Below, piece after piece: positions 1-8,813 of a stretch of 64,000 nt of DNA. Below the pieces are notes generated by a model. It was given only the letters and a program-made list of their open reading frames with translations. It had not been told where the DNA came from and made no database searches. The stretch lies in the IMG/VR virus record IMGVR_UViG_3300032304_000700, positions 1 to 64,000 of that record; one strand, written 5' to 3'. Position 1 is the stretch's first letter. Each line of letters opens with the position of its first letter. Origin of the DNA: a virus. The translations under genes were made by a program, and so were the position numbers.

Positions 1-1510
1 CTCCTTTTGCTCCCTGGTCTCCTTTATCTCCTTTTGCTCCCTGGTCTCCTTTATCTCCTTTTGTTCCCTGATTTCCCTGGTCTCCTTTATCTCCTTTATC
101 TCCTTTTGTTCCCTGATTTCCCTGGTCTCCTTTGTCACCTTTATTACCCTGGTCTCCCTTTGCTCCTTGTGCACCTTGTGAACCAGTTGCACCTTGTGAA
201 CCATTTGTACCTGCGGTACCTTGAACACCTTGTGCACCATTTGTACCTGCAGTACCTTGTGCACCTTGATTTCCTTGTGGGCCTTGTATACCTTGATTAC
301 CCTGAGTACCTTGGGGCCCGGTCAATCCTTGTAAACCATTGGCACCTTGTGAACCTTGCTGACCTTGTGCACCTTGTGCACCGGTATTTCCAGTTAAACC
401 TTGATTTCCCTGATGACCTTGTGCACCCTGTGCTCCTTGGTCACCATTTATACCATTTGTACCATTGACACCTTGTACACCCTGAAATCCCTGATGTCCT
501 TGTGCACCTACGGAACCTTGTGCACCATTTGCACCTTGTACACCTTGCACACCCTGAAATCCCTGATGTCCTTGTGCTCCAGTAGAACCCTGGTCACCAG
601 TCAAACCTTGTACACCTTGCGTACCTTGAAAACCTTGATGCCCTTGTGCACCTACGGAACCTTGTGCACCATTTGCACCTTGTACACCTTGAGTACCTAC
701 ACTACCTTGAGCACCGGTTGTTCCTTGTGCACCATCTGCACCTTGTGTACCAGCTAAACCTTGTGCACCCTGTACACCCTGTGTACCTTGAAAACCTTGT
801 TGGCCTGTAATACCTTTAACATTGATAGACCATGATGTTATACCGGTTCCACTACCAGTTGATGATGTTATATTTACTACAAGTGTTCCATTTCCACTAT
901 TATAAGATGTAACTTTTCCTTCTAAGTAATTATTAATATCATTCGAAATTAAAATATCTTGTGCAGGAGACCAATTTAATCCGGTTCCTATTGTAAATGT
1001 TTTTGAACCAGTAGATATATCATTTGATGTTGTAGATGTTGAACTAAATCTATCACTAACACCTTGATTTCCCTGCGTACCTTGAAATCCTTGTGCACCT
1101 TGTGAACCCTGGTCACCTTGTACACCTTGAAAACCCTGGTCACCCTGATAACCCTGTGTACCTTGTGAACCTTGCACACCCACAGAACCTTGTACACCTT
1201 GAAAACCTTGATGTCCCTGGTCTCCTTGTGCACCTATCGAACCTTGCACACCTTGTGAGCCTTGTACACCTTGGAAACCCTGATGCCCCTGGTCACCTTG
1301 TGCACCTACGGAACCTTGCACACCTTGTGAACCTTGTACACCTTGAAAACCTTGATGGCCTTGGTCACCTTGAGCTCCGGTTGAACCTTGTACACCTGTA
1401 AAACCTTGATGACCTTGAAATCCCTGGTCACCAGTATCTCCTTTTACTCCTTGAGTACCTTGTGGACCAGTTGTACCTTGTGGTCCAGTTGCACCTTGTG
1501 TACCACCCAA
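1..1510. repeat. 9-bp-periodic collagen-coding repeats, including a 27-bp tandem unit at 1-54
   Basis: ctccttttgctccctggtctcctttat occurs twice at 1-54. accttg recurs every 9 bp. A block of about 49 bp is repeated near 499 and 642. Confidence 0.9.
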
Positions 1511-1924
1511 TGAAACGGATGTTCTATATTTTAACAAACCATTACCATCTCTTACTAATATATCTGTTTCTCCGGAATTACTTAAAGCAATTTCAGGAGC
1601 ATTGATTGAACCTTTTATTCTTACACTACCTGTGAATTCATGTATATCGTCAACAGTATTACCAAATTTAGTAGAACCAGAATTAAACACCGAAGATGCA
1701 CTAACATAAGTTACATGAAATTCATTTGCAGTTATGTTTCCAGTAACAACAAGTGAACCTGTAATAAATTGACTTTGTTTAAAATGGTTTGAACCAGAAA
1801 CACTTGCTATTGGTAATTCTAATGTACCATTACCTACAACCAATGTTTGTTTATCAGTATTGAATTCTAACTGACCTTGTGTAGTTACTGGTGTTGTTGT
1901 ACTATTTAATATTAATGTTGCCAT
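1..1924 (-). CDS. Collagen-like (Gly-X-Y) tail fibre/virion protein, 3'-truncated by window edge (not in ORF track)
   Basis: Manual translation from ATG at 1924: MATLILNSTTTPVTTQGQLEFNTDKQ...SGSTKFGNTVDDIHEFTGSV..., then long G-X-Q/G-D-K triplet runs (GTQGATGPQGTTGPQG...GDQGHQGFQGVQ) interrupted by a ~80-aa beta domain (STGSKTFTIGTGLNWSPAQ...GKVTSYNSGNGTLVVNI...SWSINVKG). The frame appears open to base 1. Confidence 0.9.
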   Translation of the reverse strand, partial: MATLILNSTTTPVTTQGQLEFNTDKQTLVVGNGTLELPIASVSGSNHFKQSQFITGSLVVTGNITANEFHVTYVSASSVFNSGSTKFGNTVDDIHEFTGSVRIKGSINAPEIALSNSGETDILVRDGNGLLKYRTSVSLGGTQGATGPQGTTGPQGTQGVKGDTGDQGFQGHQGFTGVQGSTGAQGDQGHQGFQGVQGSQGVQGSVGAQGDQGHQGFQGVQGSQGVQGSIGAQGDQGHQGFQGVQGSVGVQGSQGTQGYQGDQGFQGVQGDQGSQGAQGFQGTQGNQGVSDRFSSTSTTSNDISTGSKTFTIGTGLNWSPAQDILISNDINNYLEGKVTSYNSGNGTLVVNITSSTGSGTGITSWSINVKGITGQQGFQGTQGVQGAQGLAGTQGADGAQGTTGAQGSVGTQGVQGANGAQGSVGAQGHQGFQGTQGVQGLTGDQGSTGAQGHQGFQGVQGVQGANGAQGSVGAQGHQGFQGVQGVNGTNGINGDQGAQGAQGHQGNQGLTGNTGAQGAQGQQGSQGANGLQGLTGPQGTQGNQGIQGPQGNQGAQGTAGTNGAQGVQGTAGTNGSQGATGSQGAQGAKGDQGNKGDKGDQGNQGTKGDKGDKGDQGNQGTKGDKGDQGAKGDKGDQGAKG

Positions 1925-1943
1925 TTAATTCTTTATGTTTGTT

Positions 1944-1951
1944 ATAAATAT
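1944..1951 (-). promoter_or_regulatory. ATATTTAT putative late-promoter motif
   Basis: Intergenic, 19 nt upstream of the ATG at 1924. Recurrent motif. Confidence 0.6.
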
Positions 1952-1972
1952 AATAATATCTTTTTTCTTTTA

Positions 1973-3622
1973 TTATCTAATATAGACTTCTACTCTTGCA
2001 CTTCTATTTATACCAGTAGTATCTTGACAACAATTAATTATATCACCTGCGGAATAACTACCAAATTGTGCATCCATACCTATACCACCACCGACATCGT
2101 TTGAACCTGGTGCACCACCTGTCACCAATGTTGCGGGTGATGAATACAATCCTTCACCATTTTCATTCCACCCAAAACCCCATCTACATCTGGTTCTATC
2201 ATTTCCAAAATAATTTCCAGGACCGTCAAAATTAAATCCATAAAATCTAATATCCACCTGACTTGAAAATATTCCACTTGCCCAACCACTAAATGTTTTT
2301 GCATCTCTAATAAAATATCCACCATATCCACTTGTAAATGTTCCTGCATTCGTAAAAAAATCAACTAAATTTGTTCTACTACTAGCTCTACCACTATTAA
2401 AACTTTTTTCTAACCAAGTCCAACAACCCGCTCCAGATATACTACCACCATCGGTTGCAATATCTGGCCATCTTGCCATCAAATCGGAACCTTCAAAGTA
2501 ATTAAATGTATCAAATTTTGCATCTCCATCGTCTAAATTCAAATTAGATTGATTTAATGAATTTCTATTAGTCCAATAACTTGCAGCATAATTGAAAGTA
2601 GTTCCTCTCGTTGCTTTCATTGCCAACATCCATCCACCTCCATCAAATAAGCTATCCATAATACAATATGTTTTAGTTGGCCCTGCTGTTGGTAAATTTA
2701 TATAATATACACCATTTGGTGCATTTGGATACATTGCTTTAATAGTTGCTGCGGAATCCGCGGGATTGAATGCTGAACCCAATGGTGCATCTACTCCATA
2801 TCTCCCCCTTTGTTCATTGAATACATTTCCAATTTCTTCATCTGTTAATGCTCTATTATAAATCATAACTGCACCTAAATACCCAACAAGTAATTCACCA
2901 TCATTACCTTCACCAAATCTTAAAGTTTCAGTATTACTACTTGAATTAACAACTCCTGTTACATATGCACATCTTATTGTATTAATAAAAGTTGCTTTTG
3001 ATGAACCATTGCTTCTAATGACAACTTGTTGCCATTTACTACCTTCTATTGAATTTGTAGGTGTATCCATTGCTGCCAATGAATAGTTTGTTTCATAATG
3101 AATATATTTTAATGCACTTCGTAATGTTGCAGCATATTGTTGTGAGTTTCCTTTGCTTATTAACCCATGCCAAGTCGTTCCACCTAATGATGGATTAACC
3201 CAAATTACTGCAGTATATTGTTGTGTTCCTGAAAAATCCAATGAAGTATGGTGTGCAACATTTGCTCTCGCTGTTCCATCAAAGTATAAAGAACCTCCAC
3301 CGGTAGTATTAAATGTTACGCCGGACCCAGGTAAAGTTAAATTATTTCCATATCCCGATAAGTCCGTCAAAGTACTACCATTACCACTATAACATTGTGG
3401 ATTTCCTGCATCTATATAACACACCAATCCAGATGTGCTATAATTTTCTTTTCTTTTTTGTGCACTAATCCAGTTTGACCCATTATACACTTCAACTTCG
3501 GAACGAGATGAATTATATCTCATCATTCCTGTTGATGGTGATGGTCTTTCTGCACCTGTTCCCGCTGGTAATGCTATATACCCGGTTGAACTTGTTATAG
3601 TTGTATTTTTTAAACTTGCCAT
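1973..3622 (-). CDS. Virion adhesin: shared N-terminal adaptor + LamG/concanavalin-like domain + fibrinogen-like C-terminal domain
   Basis: N-term GYIALPAGTGAERP..GMMRYN..EVYNG..W; LamG hallmarks GLVCYIDAGN...DLSGYGNN...IYNRALTDEEI; fibrinogen-like start NGVYYI..P..TYCIMD...GGGWML. Confidence 0.8.
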   Translation of the reverse strand: MASLKNTTITSSTGYIALPAGTGAERPSPSTGMMRYNSSRSEVEVYNGSNWISAQKRKENYSTSGLVCYIDAGNPQCYSGNGSTLTDLSGYGNNLTLPGSGVTFNTTGGGSLYFDGTARANVAHHTSLDFSGTQQYTAVIWVNPSLGGTTWHGLISKGNSQQYAATLRSALKYIHYETNYSLAAMDTPTNSIEGSKWQQVVIRSNGSSKATFINTIRCAYVTGVVNSSSNTETLRFGEGNDGELLVGYLGAVMIYNRALTDEEIGNVFNEQRGRYGVDAPLGSAFNPADSAATIKAMYPNAPNGVYYINLPTAGPTKTYCIMDSLFDGGGWMLAMKATRGTTFNYAASYWTNRNSLNQSNLNLDDGDAKFDTFNYFEGSDLMARWPDIATDGGSISGAGCWTWLEKSFNSGRASSRTNLVDFFTNAGTFTSGYGGYFIRDAKTFSGWASGIFSSQVDIRFYGFNFDGPGNYFGNDRTRCRWGFGWNENGEGLYSSPATLVTGGAPGSNDVGGGIGMDAQFGSYSAGDIINCCQDTTGINRSARVEVYIR

Positions 3623-3623
3623 A

Positions 3624-4331
3624 CTATTTTATCCATAATTGAACATGTGAAAGATATTCCGCTTCATCCGCTTGTGCTTGGTCTGCACCCAATACATGCC
3701 TTGCGGTAAATGAAGTAGATGTGTGGTCATAATATCCACTATCAAATACATAATATCCATCTTTATTATATGCACCATTTGCCCAAGGCCTATAAGTATA
3801 TGATTTTGGGCCACTCCAAGTTGCACTTGCGCCTGATTGTAAAACCGATGGAGATGGGTCTGTGTTATATGTTTTTGTAAATCTTAAAAATTCGGTTTCG
3901 GTACCAGACGAATTCATTAAATATAAATAGTTTGTTTCAGTATCCAATGAATCAACCATATGCCAAAAAACAACATATCGAACTTGAGTATGAGTTGGTA
4001 TAGAACCTAATGTTAAAGTATATGTTGCAGGGCCTGTTGACCACCCATGTGCTGTAACATGTCCTAAACCACCAAAATTTAACATTGAATATGTTGTTGA
4101 ATTATTCCAATTTCCGGTATATAATGAGGCATCTCTACCTTCATAATAATACATATATCCTTCACTTCTAGCATCAGTATTAAACCAACTTCCTACATAT
4201 ATTTCAGGTTTTCCTGAACTAGTGTTAAATCTTAAATATCCGTTTGAAGCGGATGGTCTTTCTGCAGTAGTTCCTGTTGGTAGTTTTAGATACCCAGTAT
4301 CGTTTATTGTTAAATTTTTAAAAGTTGCCAT
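3624..4331 (-). CDS. Virion/tail-associated protein with shared N-terminal adaptor and an unrecognised beta-rich domain
   Basis: N-term MATFKNLTINDTGYLKLPTGTTAERP..GYLRFN is paralogous to both neighbours. Confidence 0.7.
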   Translation of the reverse strand: MATFKNLTINDTGYLKLPTGTTAERPSASNGYLRFNTSSGKPEIYVGSWFNTDARSEGYMYYYEGRDASLYTGNWNNSTTYSMLNFGGLGHVTAHGWSTGPATYTLTLGSIPTHTQVRYVVFWHMVDSLDTETNYLYLMNSSGTETEFLRFTKTYNTDPSPSVLQSGASATWSGPKSYTYRPWANGAYNKDGYYVFDSGYYDHTSTSFTARHVLGADQAQADEAEYLSHVQLWIK

Positions 4332-5212
4332 TATAATCCAAATCTATATTTTTGTGCGTTATAATTTTGTAATACATCTGAAGAGGATAATGCAGTATTA
4401 TATATTCTAAATACACCCATAGTTATTGGTGCATAATATCCATCAGCATTTGAAACTATTCTTCCCAATGTAACACCTATACCCGATGTTGATGTATTAT
4501 ATTGTGGAGCGGATGTTTGTGAACGTGTTAGTGTTAACGCTTTTTCTACACCATTTACATAACATTTTGTGGTTGAAGTACTAATTGTTGAACCCGATTT
4601 TACCCATGCAACATGTACATATGTATTCAATGGATAATCCGTTGCACTATCTAATCTAGTAGAATCATACACATCTATATGTATTCTATTTGTAGTTGGA
4701 GTCCAACCGGATATTGCATTTCCTTGTCCTGTACCACCAATTCCCCAAAATGCACCTACATTAAAATCGGTAGTTCTTTTTACAAAAAAATCTACTGTGA
4801 AATTTGGGTCACCATCTAATGTAGTATTTTTTATATTTGATGTCATATATTGAGATGAACCATTAAATGCAATACTCCCATTTCCATCAGTCGAACTATA
4901 AGTTGGTGAATTATAAAATATTCCGTGATGTCCATTTCCACTAATATCATACCACATTTTTCCACCTCTATAACTTGTTGATTTTGCAGCATCCAAATGA
5001 AGTTGTAAACCGGATGTTACAATAGTTCCTTCTGCAACTTTTCCAGTTGTTTGGTCTATCCAATAACTACCATTATAATATTCAATGATACCCAATGTTG
5101 TATTAAATCTAACATATCCCGTTACAGGTGAACCTGGTCTTTGGTCGGTTGTTCCTGATGGTAATCCTATATAACCCGTATCGTTTATGGTGAGATTGAT
5201 AAGATTTGCCAT
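4331..5212 (-). CDS. LamG/concanavalin-like virion adhesin with shared N-terminal adaptor
   Basis: IVTSGLQLHLDAAKSTSY...WYDISGNGHHG...FNGSSQY...IYNTALSSSDVLQNYNAQKYRFGL is a typical phage LamG protein. Confidence 0.85.
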   Translation of the reverse strand: MANLINLTINDTGYIGLPSGTTDQRPGSPVTGYVRFNTTLGIIEYYNGSYWIDQTTGKVAEGTIVTSGLQLHLDAAKSTSYRGGKMWYDISGNGHHGIFYNSPTYSSTDGNGSIAFNGSSQYMTSNIKNTTLDGDPNFTVDFFVKRTTDFNVGAFWGIGGTGQGNAISGWTPTTNRIHIDVYDSTRLDSATDYPLNTYVHVAWVKSGSTISTSTTKCYVNGVEKALTLTRSQTSAPQYNTSTSGIGVTLGRIVSNADGYYAPITMGVFRIYNTALSSSDVLQNYNAQKYRFGL

Positions 5213-8109
5213 TATCTATTTGATTTTAAATCTTCAATTTCTTTCTTTAAATCTTTTATTGCTTCAATTAATACACCAACAATTCTACCATATGAAACTG
5301 AGTCTATTTCACCCTCTTCATTTTTCAAAACTACTTCAGGCAAAACTTCATAAATTTCTTCAGCTATTACACCCATTTCTCGTACACCATTATCTTTTTT
5401 ATCATATGTAACACCTCTCATTTGAAGAACTTTATCTAAACCATATTTTATAGTTTCAATATTTTCTTTATATCGTATTGATGAATTTTCAGTAATTGTT
5501 CCTGCAAATGTTGCATTTTGAGCACTACTAATTGTTATAGCAGTTGTTCCATTTGTTGATAAATACATTGGATTTGCACCTTCTGCGTGTAAGGTCATAC
5601 CACCTGCTTGGTTACTATAAACATACATACCAGATTGTCTATATTGTCCGGATGTTGTAAAAGTGCTACCAAACAATGCCATACCGGAACCATTTGCAGT
5701 AGTATCATTTCCTAATTGGTAATTTGAATTATTTGCAGAACTCAATGTTCTAAGATTATGTACTAAAAATCCAGAACCAGTTATTGATTGATTTCCTACG
5801 AATGAATTAGAACCAGTAGTTGCCAATCTTGCAATGTTTGTTGTAGACATTACATCAATTTGAGAACTACCACTTACAACCGTTTCTGCATTTAATCTTG
5901 TCTTAATGGTCGTATTAATAGACGATGTAAATGTTTCCAAATTAGCCGTTTCAACTTCTAATGTAGACAATCTTGTTAATGCAGAAGAACTGAATGAATT
6001 AATGTTACTATTCAATACCGATACATCAACTCCATCAACATTTCCCGAAATTGTAATACTACCTGTAATATTAACATTTGAACCTAATGAAATTGTAGTT
6101 CCATCGTCTGTAATATTTGAATCAACTAAATGTTCTTTACCTGTTCCTTTTGGTAATCTATTATTTGTAAGATAAATTTCGTTTCCTAAATTATCGTATG
6201 TTTCGGGTCCTAATACAAAATGAGATGATGTTACATTTGTACCATTTCCTCTATGTACAAATATGAATTCATCTTGTACCGAATCGTATAACAATGAACC
6301 CGAACCTCCAACTGACCCACTATCTATTATAGTCAAACCTGCAAATCTTACCGATGGGTTTGCTGTATTTAATTGAACAATATTGGTTCCAATTGATACA
6401 GATGATGCTGAAATATATTGAATTGATGAACTACCTTGTACAATTAAGTCATTTGCAACATAAAGTGAACCACTAAATGTTTGTGTACCATAAAAAGTAT
6501 TAGAACCGGTTGTTGCATAACTTCCTGTTTTACTTTCTATACTTGTCAATCTTTGATTTGATGAACCCGTATTAGTTTGGATTGTAGATATTTGTGTTGC
6601 AACCGAAGAACTAAATGTTGTAAGATTTATACCATTAATATTTCCGGTACTTTCCAAAGAACCACTTACTACTATATTATTTCCAAAAACAATAGCATTT
6701 CCTCCTGAGGATGTTACTTTATTTCCATCTTGTATTTGTAAAGTTCCTCTAACATCGATTAATCCAGTTGTTGGGTCAAATAATAAATTACCTCCACCTG
6801 ATGATTTTAGTTCAATATTTCCGTCAGCAGATTGTAAAATAATATTATCACTTCCTGCTTCTAAAATCTTAATTGATTGACCTGCATCAGTTGTAATTTG
6901 TAATTCGTTTCCAGTTGAACTTAAAACTTTTGTTCCATCTATATAAAGTGAACCAGATGAAACATATATATCTCTCCATTGGTACTCCGAACTACCTAAA
7001 TCGTATGTATTATCTATGGCAGGTATAATTGAACCACTTAATGTTTGAGTTCCTCTAAATGTATTAGAACCCGTTGTGGCGTAACTTCCCGTTTTTTCTA
7101 TTAAAGATGTTAATCTTGTTTCTATTGATGCAGTTGAAACTGAAGCAGTGTAAGTATTTAATGAATCTAATATACCAATTACTTGTGATGAACCACTTAC
7201 TATTCCAGAAGGTTTACTTGCAATGTTATCCCAATTTGTTTGTGTTATACTACCACTTAAAACATATCTTGTATCATATGAACTTGTCAATTGAGATGAA
7301 CCACTCACAGTTCCTGCGGGTGGTATCGATTCTATACCATTAGGCCCTACTAACGCGACTTGTTGATTTCCTACAATAAATTTAATACCAGCTTCAGTTG
7401 GAACAATTTGTGAACTACCTGTTACATTTGATATAAATGTTTTAAATCCAATCGGAGTCCCGACTTCACTATCCCATTGAAAATCTATTAAATATTTTCT
7501 AGATTCATTATTAAATTCACTAATTGATGCAGAACTATTTGAATTATAATCCCAACCATCAATTGGCAAATCATCACTAACTACTCCTCTCAACCCACTA
7601 CCATCTCCTGTAAATGAACCAGTAAATGAACCCGATGTTGTACCACCACCCACTTCTTGTCCATTTAATAAAAATGAACCCGTAATATTTACTGAACCTG
7701 TAAAACTATGTATGTCATCCGAAGTATTACCGAATTTAGAACTGCCACTTTCAAAAAGAACAGATGATGATATTACCGAAATGTTAAATTGTCTTGCATT
7801 GATTTGACCTAAAACCGTCAAATCGGATGTAATTCCCAAAGAACCACTTATTACACTTACACCATGATTTACGGTAAGTGTATCGTTTACTCTTAAAGAA
7901 CCGAAAGAACCAGTTCCCTCTAATCTAATAGACCCCGTTACTACGGAATTTGTTGTTAATACACTTTCAACCGATTCAATTGAACCCGATTTTTTAAAGT
8001 AAATCTTACCATCGTAAGTGTTTACCGCTAATTCTCCTAAATTTAATGAACCCGTACCAGGTACCTTTCCCGATAACGCAGAGCGTTTCAGTTGAACAAT
8101 TGATGCCAT
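5212..8109 (-). CDS. Tail fibre with Mtd-like N-terminus and C-terminal intramolecular chaperone (peptidase S74)
   Basis: N-term VQLKRS...VP...L..GELAVNTYDGKIY; C-term SSIRYKENI...GVIAEE...PEVV...VSYGRIVGVLIEAIKDL. Confidence 0.85.
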   Translation of the reverse strand: MASIVQLKRSALSGKVPGTGSLNLGELAVNTYDGKIYFKKSGSIESVESVLTTNSVVTGSIRLEGTGSFGSLRVNDTLTVNHGVSVISGSLGITSDLTVLGQINARQFNISVISSSVLFESGSSKFGNTSDDIHSFTGSVNITGSFLLNGQEVGGGTTSGSFTGSFTGDGSGLRGVVSDDLPIDGWDYNSNSSASISEFNNESRKYLIDFQWDSEVGTPIGFKTFISNVTGSSQIVPTEAGIKFIVGNQQVALVGPNGIESIPPAGTVSGSSQLTSSYDTRYVLSGSITQTNWDNIASKPSGIVSGSSQVIGILDSLNTYTASVSTASIETRLTSLIEKTGSYATTGSNTFRGTQTLSGSIIPAIDNTYDLGSSEYQWRDIYVSSGSLYIDGTKVLSSTGNELQITTDAGQSIKILEAGSDNIILQSADGNIELKSSGGGNLLFDPTTGLIDVRGTLQIQDGNKVTSSGGNAIVFGNNIVVSGSLESTGNINGINLTTFSSSVATQISTIQTNTGSSNQRLTSIESKTGSYATTGSNTFYGTQTFSGSLYVANDLIVQGSSSIQYISASSVSIGTNIVQLNTANPSVRFAGLTIIDSGSVGGSGSLLYDSVQDEFIFVHRGNGTNVTSSHFVLGPETYDNLGNEIYLTNNRLPKGTGKEHLVDSNITDDGTTISLGSNVNITGSITISGNVDGVDVSVLNSNINSFSSSALTRLSTLEVETANLETFTSSINTTIKTRLNAETVVSGSSQIDVMSTTNIARLATTGSNSFVGNQSITGSGFLVHNLRTLSSANNSNYQLGNDTTANGSGMALFGSTFTTSGQYRQSGMYVYSNQAGGMTLHAEGANPMYLSTNGTTAITISSAQNATFAGTITENSSIRYKENIETIKYGLDKVLQMRGVTYDKKDNGVREMGVIAEEIYEVLPEVVLKNEEGEIDSVSYGRIVGVLIEAIKDLKKEIEDLKSNR

Positions 8110-8158
8110 ATGGCGTATTTTAAGTTATTTAACAACAAATGTAGTATATACTACGAAC

Positions 8159-8166
8159 ATAAATAT
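8159..8166 (-). promoter_or_regulatory. ATATTTAT putative late-promoter motif
   Basis: Lies immediately after a terminator, 49 nt upstream of ATG 8109. Confidence 0.55.
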
Positions 8167-8173
8167 ATTATAA

Positions 8174-8200
8174 AATAAAAAACCCCTACTATGAGGGGTT
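8174..8200 (-). terminator. Rho-independent terminator
   Basis: Hairpin aacccct-actatg-aggggtt (8181-8200) followed by a U-tract on the minus strand, downstream of ORF 8224..8784. Confidence 0.75.
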
Positions 8201-8223
8201 TCTATTATAATTTTATTTAATCT

Positions 8224-8784
8224 TTAGAATTGACCTGCATCTGGTCCGAATGATGCTGAAAGTTCTAATTGATATAATCTACCATGAACTGAGCCACTAA
8301 ATGCCAACACATCACCAATTCCGTAAAGAGAACCACTAAATCCTTGTGCAGTTGTGATAGTTGCAATTGTTACATCGTTATATCTAAAGTCAACTGCATT
8401 TTCAGTAGTTGCTACTTTATAAAGAGAACCACTACCTTGAATATATCCGATTGTACCTGCAAATGGGTCAGAGTTGAAATCAAAGTCATCAGGTCTCATT
8501 GATGCGGTTACACCACTAATTCCACTACCATCACCTACTAAGAATGATGCAGATACTACCGATGCACTAACTGCTCCAGAGAGACTAATCGAACCAGTTA
8601 CCTTTGCTCCGGCAACTACGATTTCTACTACCTCATCGGTTGAACCTGACTTGTGTAAAAACGCTTTACCATCATAGGTATTTAATGCTATTTCACCTAC
8701 CTGTAACGATGTGGTTGTAGGTACCGAACCTGCGACACCCGAGCGTTTCAGTAAAATTGATGAAGTTGTGTTATTTGTTGCCAT
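8224..8784 (-). CDS. Short fibre-like virion protein with Mtd-like N-terminus
   Basis: ILLKRSGVAGSVP...LQVGEIALNTYDGKAF is paralogous to 5212..8109. Ends DAGQF. Confidence 0.7.
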   Translation of the reverse strand: MATNNTTSSILLKRSGVAGSVPTTTSLQVGEIALNTYDGKAFLHKSGSTDEVVEIVVAGAKVTGSISLSGAVSASVVSASFLVGDGSGISGVTASMRPDDFDFNSDPFAGTIGYIQGSGSLYKVATTENAVDFRYNDVTIATITTAQGFSGSLYGIGDVLAFSGSVHGRLYQLELSASFGPDAGQF

Positions 8785-8813
8785 ATATTTTTATTTATCT
8801 TTCTTTTTTATTA

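Noticed and set aside
1-800. Short repeats resembling a CRISPR array
   Set aside because: There is no constant repeat with unique spacers. The periodicity is that of Gly-X-Y codons, and no cas genes are present.
7-1401. Leu/His/Cys-rich ORFs in the track (7..468, 401..757, 988..1233, 1093..1401)
   Set aside because: They are shadow frames of the 9-bp-periodic collagen gene on the minus strand.
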